From NCBI GenBank assembly GCA_012839925.1, contig DUMJ01000042.1, positions 31,441-95,440 of the forward strand: a DNA stretch of 64,000 bases. Reading direction: 5' to 3'. How positions within the stretch are numbered: the stretch's first letter is position 1; every line of letters begins with the position of its first letter. Below the pieces are notes generated by a model that searched no databases, was not told the DNA's origin, and was given only the letters and a program-made list of their open reading frames with translations. This stretch comes from a bacterium (GTDB taxonomy: Bacteria; DUMJ01). A program made the position numbers and the translations under genes. Shown here one piece after another: positions 20,432-27,888 of the stretch.

Positions 20432-22243
20432 ATGGCTATAATAAGGACGAATGTTCTGATATGTGCTGGTAGTGCCTGTGTATCATCAAGGGCATACGAT
20501 TTTAAAACCGCACTTTTAGAGGCATTAGAAGAGGCTGGGATAAAAGAAGAAGTAAATGTTGTTGATACTGGATGTATAGGAACCTGTGATTTGGGTCCGG
20601 TAGCTATTGTATATCCAGATGGAATCTTTTATGTCCATCTTAAACCAGAAGATGCCAAGGTTATAGTTAATGAGCATCTTCTAAAAGGCAGGGTGGTTAA
20701 TAGGCTCCTTTATCAGCAACCTATGACAAAAGAGGTATTTCCATCACTTTCAGAGATAGATTTTATAGTAAGACAGAAAAGAATAGTTTTAAGAAATATG
20801 GGGGTTATAGACCCGGAGAGTATAGAAGAGTATATAGCTAAAGAGGGATACCAGGCTCTGGCTAAAGCTCTTACTATGAGTCCTGAAGATGTTATAGACA
20901 CTGTTAAAAAGTCAGGACTGAGAGGAAGAGGTGGGGCAGGTTTCCCTACCGGATTAAAATGGGAGCTTACCCGTAAAGCGACCGGTAATCCCAAATATGT
21001 AATATGCAATGGTGATGAAGGAGACCCAGGTGCATTTATGGATAGAAGTGTACTGGAAGGTGACCCTCATAGCATTATTGAAGGGATGATGATCGCTGGT
21101 TATGCGGTAGGGGCCAGTAAAGGATTCTTCTATGTGAGAGCTGAGTATCCGCTGGCTATAAAGAGGATTGAGAATGCTCTTGAACAGGCAAGGAGTTATG
21201 GGCTTATTGGAGAGAATATACTTGGGACAGATTTTTCTTTTGATATAGAGCTTAGAAGAGGGTCAGGTGCTTTTGTATGTGGAGAAGAAACAGCTCTCAT
21301 CGCCTCCATTGAAGGTGGAAGAGGAGAGCCACGTCCACGTCCACCTTATCCAGCTAACAGAGGATTATGGGATAGTCCAACAGTGATAAATAATGTGGAG
21401 ACACTGGCTAATATTTCTCCCATAATCTTAAATGGTGCTGAATGGTTTAGCAGTACAGGTACAGAGAAGAGTAAGGGGACAAAGGTTTTTGCCCTTGCGG
21501 GTAAGGTCAATAATACCGGTCTTATTGAAGTCCCATTTGGAACTACACTTGGAGAGATTATCTTTGATGTTGGGGGTGGGATACCAGGTGGGAAAAAATT
21601 TAAGGCAGCCCAGACAGGTGGACCATCTGGTGGCTGTATACCTGCAGAGTATCTAGATCTTCCTATAGATTATGAGTCTTTAAAACAGATAGGAGCTATA
21701 GTAGGTTCAGGTGGTCTTATCATTATGGATGAGGATACCTGTATGGTTGATGTGGCAAGATTCTTCCTGGAATTTACTCAGAGTGAGTCCTGTGGTAAAT
21801 GTCCACCATGTCGTGTAGGGACAAGAAAGATGCTGGATATCCTGGAGAGAATAGTAAATGGTGAAGGGGAAGAGGGAGATATAGAAAGACTGATAGAGTT
21901 AGGTGAAGAGATAAGAAGAGATTCATTGTGTGGTCTCGGTCAGACCGCTCCAAATCCCGTGCTGAGTACTATAAGATTCTTCAGGGATGAGTATGAGGCT
22001 CATATTAGAGAGAAGAGATGTCCTGCTAAATCTTGTCGGGCTCTTATCGCATATCAGGTAATACCGGATAAGTGCAGAGGATGTGGTATATGTGCCAGGG
22101 TTTGTCCGGTAGGTGCAGCTCAGGGTAAACCCAGAGAGATTTATCATATAGACACGGGATTATGTATAAAGTGTGGAGACTGCTTTGCCAAGTGTCCTTT
22201 TGGAGCGATAGAAAAGGCAGATCTTGTTTTAGAAAAAGTTTAA
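20432..22243 (+). CDS. hydB: NuoF/HydB-type FMN/NADH-binding subunit, electron-bifurcating architecture
   Basis: N-terminal [2Fe-2S] (CAGSAC...CIGTC), GRGGAGF, NGDEGDPGAFMD, CGEETAL, GGPSGG, SCGKCPPC, C-terminal 2[4Fe-4S]. Confidence 0.92.
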   Translation: MAIIRTNVLICAGSACVSSRAYDFKTALLEALEEAGIKEEVNVVDTGCIGTCDLGPVAIVYPDGIFYVHLKPEDAKVIVNEHLLKGRVVNRLLYQQPMTKEVFPSLSEIDFIVRQKRIVLRNMGVIDPESIEEYIAKEGYQALAKALTMSPEDVIDTVKKSGLRGRGGAGFPTGLKWELTRKATGNPKYVICNGDEGDPGAFMDRSVLEGDPHSIIEGMMIAGYAVGASKGFFYVRAEYPLAIKRIENALEQARSYGLIGENILGTDFSFDIELRRGSGAFVCGEETALIASIEGGRGEPRPRPPYPANRGLWDSPTVINNVETLANISPIILNGAEWFSSTGTEKSKGTKVFALAGKVNNTGLIEVPFGTTLGEIIFDVGGGIPGGKKFKAAQTGGPSGGCIPAEYLDLPIDYESLKQIGAIVGSGGLIIMDEDTCMVDVARFFLEFTQSESCGKCPPCRVGTRKMLDILERIVNGEGEEGDIERLIELGEEIRRDSLCGLGQTAPNPVLSTIRFFRDEYEAHIREKRCPAKSCRALIAYQVIPDKCRGCGICARVCPVGAAQGKPREIYHIDTGLCIKCGDCFAKCPFGAIEKADLVLEKV

Positions 22244-22258
22244 GAAAGGAGTAGACCT

Positions 22259-23185
22259 ATGGATCAGAAACTGTATGTATCTGCTCCACCACATATCAGG
22301 TCTGATACAGATGCAAAATTTCTCATGCGCCAGGTGATAATAGCTCTATTAGCTCCAACTGTAGCGGGTGTGATATTTTTTGGCGGCAGGGCTCTCCTGA
22401 TTTTAGTTATATCTGTGTTGAGTTCAATTTTTTGGCAGAGATTGATGATATACATCAAGAAAGAAAAGAGACCCTTAGATGGCAGTGAAGTGGTAACAGG
22501 ACTTCTCATTGGTCTTAATCTCTCCCCACTGGTGCCGTGGTGGATACCTGTAGTGGGAACATTTATAGCTATAGTGCTGGCTAAAGAACTTTTTGGCGGT
22601 CTGGGTTTCAACATCTTTAATCCGGCACTTATAGCCAGAGCATTCCTTTTAGCCTCCTGGCCTATGGAAATGACAACCTGGGCTGCTCCATTTACTGGGG
22701 TAACTCAGGCTACACCTTTAGCACTTTTAAAGTTACAACATGTATCTACCCCTTATATCAGTCTTTTCCTGGGTAATAGAGGAGGGTGTATTGGAGAGAC
22801 CTCTGTTCTGGCACTACTTATTGGTGCTGCTTATCTTTTTTATAAAGGGGTTATTGATTGGAGGACACCGATTCCATATATCCTTACTGTGGGTGTCTTA
22901 TCCCTTATTTTTGGACAGGACCCGCTGTTTCACATGATGTCAGGAGGACTTGTCCTTGGGGCATTTTTTATGGCTACTGATTATACAACCACCCCTGTTA
23001 CCAAGTCTGGAAGGATAATCTTCGGTATAGGGTGCGGAGTTATAACTATACTTATAAGGCTCTTTGGAGGATATCCTGAGGGTGTATCTTACAGTATTCT
23101 CTTTATGAATGCTATGACACCCTTAATAGACCGCTGGACTATCCCTAAGCCTTTTGGCTATAGGGTTGAAAGGAGGAGAGTATGA
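22259..23185 (+). CDS. rnfD: Rnf complex subunit D (membrane, FMN-threonine)
   Basis: PPHI, FGGLGFNIFNPA, TQATPL flavinylation site, GCIGETS, FFMATDY.T.P, GGYPEG. Confidence 0.93.
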   Translation: MDQKLYVSAPPHIRSDTDAKFLMRQVIIALLAPTVAGVIFFGGRALLILVISVLSSIFWQRLMIYIKKEKRPLDGSEVVTGLLIGLNLSPLVPWWIPVVGTFIAIVLAKELFGGLGFNIFNPALIARAFLLASWPMEMTTWAAPFTGVTQATPLALLKLQHVSTPYISLFLGNRGGCIGETSVLALLIGAAYLFYKGVIDWRTPIPYILTVGVLSLIFGQDPLFHMMSGGLVLGAFFMATDYTTTPVTKSGRIIFGIGCGVITILIRLFGGYPEGVSYSILFMNAMTPLIDRWTIPKPFGYRVERRRV

Positions 23186-23772
23186 AGTTTCTTCGTCCTC
23201 TGATAAATGGAATATGGAAAGAAAATCCCATACTTGTCCTTATGATAGGACTCTGTCCGACACTGGCTGTCTCAACTGCGGCTATAAATGGTATATATAT
23301 GGGATTAGCAGCCACCTTTGTTTTGGCAGGGTCAAACCTGATAATATCCCTTATTAGAAAATGGGTTCCAGATCAGGTCCGTATACCTATCTTTATCACC
23401 ATAATAGCCGCTTTTGTTACTGTAGTGGATATGGTTATGCATGCCTATGTTCCTGAGATGTATAAAATACTGGGGATTTTTATTCCATTAATCGTTGTTA
23501 ACTGTATAATACTTGGCAGGGCAGAAGCCTTTGCCTACCAGAATGGACCTATTGAATCTTTAGGGGATGGGATAGGTATGGGGATAGGTTTTACTCTTAT
23601 TTTACTGATTCTTGGTAGTATAAGAGAACTGTTAGGTAATGGAACAATTTTTGGATTTCAGATTATGCCAGTAACTTATAAACCTGTATTACTAATGATA
23701 CTTCCTCCTGGTGCCTTTCTAACTATTGGTTTCTTACAGGCTCTACAGAGATATAGAGGAGGTAAAGAATAA
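23182..23772 (+). CDS. rnfE: Rnf complex subunit E
   Basis: ENP...GLCPTLAV, VRIP, LIVVNCIILGRAEAFA, REL.G.G, PPGAF. Confidence 0.93.
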   Translation: MKFLRPLINGIWKENPILVLMIGLCPTLAVSTAAINGIYMGLAATFVLAGSNLIISLIRKWVPDQVRIPIFITIIAAFVTVVDMVMHAYVPEMYKILGIFIPLIVVNCIILGRAEAFAYQNGPIESLGDGIGMGIGFTLILLILGSIRELLGNGTIFGFQIMPVTYKPVLLMILPPGAFLTIGFLQALQRYRGGKE

Positions 23773-24356
23773 TGTTTTCTCATCTTCTTCTCTTATTTAT
23801 AGGGGCGCTACTGGTAAATAATATACTACTTATAAGATTTATAGCTTTATGCGCTTTCTTTGGTGTATCAAACTCGATGAGTACATCGATAGGTATGGGT
23901 ATGGCAGTGACATTTGTTATGGTCCTCACATCATCTGTAACCTGGATTCTCTGGAATTTTGTTCTTGTACCTCTTCATCTTGAATATCTCCAGATATCCG
24001 TATTTATTCTTACCATCGCTGCTTTAGTACAGTTTGTTGAATTATTCCTTAAGAAGAATAGCCCTTCGTTATATAGGGCTATGGGTATATATCTACCTCT
24101 AATTACCACAAACTGTGCTATACTTGCAGTAGCTTTCATACATGTCTCAAGTAATTTTAATTTTATAGAGACGATTGTATATACTATAGGTGTGAGTGGG
24201 GGTTATACCCTTGCCATCGTTATGTTTGCAGGTATAAGGGAGAGATTGGCTTCTGCACCTGTACCCAGGGCATTCCAGGGTTACCCTCTTGCCTTTATAA
24301 CTGCAAGTCTTATGTCTCTGGCTTTTTTGGGATTTAAGGGGTTGTTTGGACTATAG
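23772..24356 (+). CDS. rnfA: Rnf complex subunit A
   Basis: NNILL.RFIALCAFFGVS, LVQFVE, YLPLITTNCA, GIRERL, F.G.P.AFITA.LMSLAF.GF. Confidence 0.92.
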   Translation: MFSHLLLLFIGALLVNNILLIRFIALCAFFGVSNSMSTSIGMGMAVTFVMVLTSSVTWILWNFVLVPLHLEYLQISVFILTIAALVQFVELFLKKNSPSLYRAMGIYLPLITTNCAILAVAFIHVSSNFNFIETIVYTIGVSGGYTLAIVMFAGIRERLASAPVPRAFQGYPLAFITASLMSLAFLGFKGLFGL

Positions 24357-24373
24357 AAAGGAGGAGAATAGAA

Positions 24374-24610
24374 ATGGCTGAGAATAGTGATTGGAGATTA
24401 GCAGATTTTATTGGGATAAAAGCCCTGGAGAACGGGGTTACGATAATCGGTCTTACCAGAGGAAAGGAAACCAGAATCAGTCATACAGAGAAACTCGATG
24501 CCGGGCAGGTTATGTTTGCACAGTTTACTGAGAATGTTTCAGCTATGAAGATTGAAGGAAAGGCTGAGATATACACCAAGTTTGGGAAGATAACTAGCGG
24601 AGATATCTAA
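24374..24610 (+). CDS. mtrB: TRAP (trp RNA-binding attenuation protein) family, divergent
   Basis: IKALENGVTIIGLTRG.ET...HTEKLD.G....AQFTE..SAMK aligns without gaps to Bacillus MtrB. Confidence 0.88.
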   Translation: MAENSDWRLADFIGIKALENGVTIIGLTRGKETRISHTEKLDAGQVMFAQFTENVSAMKIEGKAEIYTKFGKITSGDI

Positions 24611-24625
24611 AGGAGGAAATTTTAG

Positions 24626-26455
24626 ATGTGTGGAATTGTTGGTTATTTAGGTAAGAAAAAGGCTGTCCCTATACTTATAGACAATCTGAAGAGACTGGAG
24701 TATAGAGGGTACGATTCAGCAGGAGTAGCGATAATCGAAGATTCATCTCTTATTGTGGAGAAGAGTGTGGGTAAATTATCAAAACTAGAATCTATAGTGA
24801 TCCCAAAGGATTTTCCTTCCACTATTGGTATAGGGCATACCAGATGGGCAACTCATGGTAAACCTTCAGATATAAATGCACATCCACATACTGATTGCAA
24901 GGGTGAGATAGCCCTGGTTCACAATGGGATCATAGAAAATTATACAGATTTGAAAGATGAGCTTATATCAGAAGGTCACAGGTTCCTCTCTGAAACAGAT
25001 ACAGAAGTGATAGTTCATCTGGTAGAGAAGTACTACGCTGGAGACCTCCTGGAAGCTGTAAGAATGGCGATTAAAAGGTTGGAAGGTTCTTATGCTATAG
25101 CTGTGATTTCTTCTAAAGAGCCAGAAAAGATTGTAGTTGCCAGAAAGGATAGCCCATTAGTGCTTGGAATAGGTGAAGGGGAATACTTTGTAGCTTCAGA
25201 TATACCAGCAGTCTTAAACTATACCCGTAATATATGGATCTTGGAAAATGGCGAGATGGGAGAGCTTTCTCCTTCAGGCTGTAAGGTATATGATCTGGAT
25301 GGCAATGAGAAGAAGAAAGAGACAATGGTCGTATCGTGGGATATATCTATGGCAGAAAAAGGTGGATATCCCCACTTTATGATAAAAGAGATCCATGAAC
25401 AACCAAATGCGCTGAGAGAAACATTTAGAGGAAGGGTTGGAAGTGATGGTCTGGTTAAACTCGACCTTAAAAGTGTTACTATTGATGACTTGAGAAATCT
25501 TAGAAAACTCTATTTTGTTGCCTGTGGAACAGCCTATCATGCAGGACTTGTAGGTAAATATCTAACAGAGAGATTTGTTCGAATTCCAGTAGAGGCAGAT
25601 ATAGCAAGTGAGTTTAGATACCGAGACCCAATTTTTGAAAAGAATAGCTTAATGATTGTTATCAGTCAGTCTGGAGAAACAGCAGATACCCTGGCAGCAT
25701 TACGTATGGCTAAGGAGAACGGAGTTAAGGTCGTGGCGATATGTAATGTGGTTGGAAGTTCAATCGCCAGAGAGTCTGATGATGTTCTGTATACATATGC
25801 TGGACCTGAGATTGCTGTTGCATCCACCAAAGCATATACCTCGCAGCTTATGGTGATATATCTGTTTATGCTACTTCTAGCACAGATAAAAGGGACCTTA
25901 CCACTAGATAAGATTAAAGAGTTTGTCGAAGACCTCAGGAAAATACCTGAAGTAGCCAGTGAGGTTTTAAATAAATTGGAGCCTGCAATTATAGACCTCT
26001 CCAGGAGATATTATAAGGCTCATGACGTATTCTTTATTGGAAGAGGTTTGGATTACGCCCTTAGCCTGGAGGGGGCGTTAAAGCTTAAAGAAATATCTTA
26101 TATTCATGCCGAGGCTTATGCTGCAGGAGAATTAAAACATGGTCCATTATCACTTTTAGAAGAAGGTGTCCCTGTGGTATGCCTGGCTACTCAAGGTTAT
26201 CTGCTGGATAAGATGGTAAGCAATATAAAAGAGGTAAAAGCCAGAGAGGCTATCGCCATTGGTTTTGGAATAGAGGGGAATGAAGGACTAAAAAATGTAT
26301 GTGATGAGACATTCTTTATTCCCAAGATAAACGATATATATGCCTCTGTAATTACTGTGATTCCACTTCAGCTCCTTGCCTATTATATGGCAAAGGAGAG
26401 AGGTTGTGATATAGACCAGCCAAGAAACTTGGCAAAGTCAGTTACTGTAGAATAA
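24626..26455 (+). CDS. glmS: Glutamine--fructose-6-phosphate aminotransferase
   Basis: MCGIVG, EYRGYDSAG, GHTRWATHG, SQSGETADT, PRNLAKSVTVE. Confidence 0.98.
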   Translation: MCGIVGYLGKKKAVPILIDNLKRLEYRGYDSAGVAIIEDSSLIVEKSVGKLSKLESIVIPKDFPSTIGIGHTRWATHGKPSDINAHPHTDCKGEIALVHNGIIENYTDLKDELISEGHRFLSETDTEVIVHLVEKYYAGDLLEAVRMAIKRLEGSYAIAVISSKEPEKIVVARKDSPLVLGIGEGEYFVASDIPAVLNYTRNIWILENGEMGELSPSGCKVYDLDGNEKKKETMVVSWDISMAEKGGYPHFMIKEIHEQPNALRETFRGRVGSDGLVKLDLKSVTIDDLRNLRKLYFVACGTAYHAGLVGKYLTERFVRIPVEADIASEFRYRDPIFEKNSLMIVISQSGETADTLAALRMAKENGVKVVAICNVVGSSIARESDDVLYTYAGPEIAVASTKAYTSQLMVIYLFMLLLAQIKGTLPLDKIKEFVEDLRKIPEVASEVLNKLEPAIIDLSRRYYKAHDVFFIGRGLDYALSLEGALKLKEISYIHAEAYAAGELKHGPLSLLEEGVPVVCLATQGYLLDKMVSNIKEVKAREAIAIGFGIEGNEGLKNVCDETFFIPKINDIYASVITVIPLQLLAYYMAKERGCDIDQPRNLAKSVTVE

Positions 26456-26486
26456 TATTATTGGGGGGTAGGTAGGTCAATAGAAT

Positions 26487-26810
26487 TCAGTCTTTTATCT
26501 GTTCCCTATGGTGCAGCCCTACCAGTTCAGACACTAAAAAAGTAAATATGATACCGGTACCTGGTTCGTTAAGCCTACCTACTTTAATAATAGTATCATA
26601 TATGGGTTTATATTTATCAATCTCGCTAAGTATCAAGATGATTTCTTTCGATGCTTCAATATGAATATTAAAAAACTCTAATGCTTCCGCTTGTCCTGTC
26701 CCTCTCCCATAAAGAATAGTAGCTCCTTTTGCTCCTGCCTTTTTTGCCATATCTACAATTTTATCTGCTTTCCCTCTTTCGACAATAGCAACTATACATT
26801 TAATATCCAT
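26487..26810 (-). CDS. PII-like signal transduction protein
   Basis: AGAKGATILYGRGTG, KEII, PGTGIIF; adjacent to DUF1538. Confidence 0.8.
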   Translation of the reverse strand: MDIKCIVAIVERGKADKIVDMAKKAGAKGATILYGRGTGQAEALEFFNIHIEASKEIILILSEIDKYKPIYDTIIKVGRLNEPGTGIIFTFLVSELVGLHHREQIKD

Positions 26811-26827
26811 ATAACTCCATCCTCCTA

Positions 26828-27529
26828 TTATATCCTTGTAAGTATTCCTAATACTAACACTGATATTACTACTCCAATAGAAGTAAGTCCTACTGTGCCA
26901 AAACCAAACAGCAGAGGATCGACTCCTTCCAGTATTTTTGCTAGTCCCACCGATAAAGCTGTGATCAGTGGAACATTTACTGGACCCGTTGTTGCGCTTG
27001 CTGAATCCATTGCGATGGATATAAATTCCTCTGGAGAAAAATAGATTAACACGGTAATCAATAAAATTAGAGGGAGCACAACCTTTATATAAGGTATATT
27101 ATTCAACGTTTTATATACCCCTATGCTCATTCCAGTACCAACACCGATGGCAACAGCGTAAACTAGAATTCTATTAGATATGGCTCCTATAGATATCTCC
27201 TCAACCTCCAAAGCCAGTGCTTTTAGAGCTGGTTCTACAAGAGTGCTGAATACACCTATTACGAAAGTTATAATAATTATCAACCATTTTCTCTCTAATA
27301 CTACTAAATTCTCCCCAACTGAATCCCCTAAAGGGAAAATACTCATGGAAATACCCTTTAGAAAGAGATGCAAACCAAATATACTGAGCAGAAGTCCTAT
27401 ACTAAATTCTTTAACATTTTCAATGGGTTTCTTTAATATCACCAGCTGAAAGAAAATCAGAGTGAAAACTAAGGGAAGTATACTTCTTGCAGTTTCTAAT
27501 AAATCGCTCAAACCTTTTAATTCTTTCAT
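26828..27529 (-). CDS. DUF1538-family membrane protein
   Basis: Multi-TM; EPAL, AMDSASATTGPVNVP, FGFG..GL.S.G motifs; typical PII-like neighbour. Confidence 0.8.
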   Translation of the reverse strand: MKELKGLSDLLETARSILPLVFTLIFFQLVILKKPIENVKEFSIGLLLSIFGLHLFLKGISMSIFPLGDSVGENLVVLERKWLIIIITFVIGVFSTLVEPALKALALEVEEISIGAISNRILVYAVAIGVGTGMSIGVYKTLNNIPYIKVVLPLILLITVLIYFSPEEFISIAMDSASATTGPVNVPLITALSVGLAKILEGVDPLLFGFGTVGLTSIGVVISVLVLGILTRI

Positions 27530-27647
27530 TTCATCCTCCTTGTAAAGGGTAGATAATCCTTATCCTCAGAGTACATCCGATCCCTACGAATATTATTTAT
27601 GACAAGATGTCTTCTATGCTCTTCTTTTCACGCATCACCCCTTTCAT

Positions 27648-27873
27648 TCTATGTTCATCTATCGATGTGTGCCTGCATTACCCTTCAAGCCTCAATGTAC
27701 CATAAACTACTCTGGAAACTTATAAGTAAAGGTATACCTAATTTTTGATAATAAGGTACCCCATAAAGAGGGATACTTAACTTCGTACAGGATATAGATG
27801 CTATCTATTATAGAGTAGATAAGCCTCTTTCTCAAGAACCTTTCGATATTAATCGTTGGAAATGATTGGCTAG
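27648..27873 (-). repeat. Copy 1 of a dispersed promoter/leader duplication (block A 27648-27701, block B 27833-27873)
   Basis: Block A 45/54 identical to 33142-33195 by manual alignment; 22-bp ATATTAATCGTTGGAAATGATT identical to 33248-33269; minus-strand TTGAGA-17-TATAAT at 27835-27807. Confidence 0.8.
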
Positions 27874-27888
27874 CGTAACTTACTTCTG

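Noticed and set aside
19062-22243. Respiratory complex I (nuoEF) assignment
   Set aside because: No other nuo genes; extra N-terminal [2Fe-2S] and C-terminal 2[4Fe-4S] domains and the gene context indicate HydBC type
22259-24356. Na+-NQR (nqrB/D/E) rather than Rnf
   Set aside because: 308-aa length and motifs fit RnfD rather than the longer NqrB; no nqrA/C/F present
24350-24373. TRAP-binding (G/U)AG repeat at the mtrB RBS
   Set aside because: Only about four triplets with irregular spacing, explained by stop codon plus SD in a purine-rich genome
24611-24625. glmS ribozyme
   Set aside because: Only 15 bp between mtrB and glmS; no room and no core motif
27530-27640. Remnant of a second DUF1538 gene or a leader peptide
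   Set aside because: Frames are short and stop-ridden with no recognisable similarity; cannot be supported by eye
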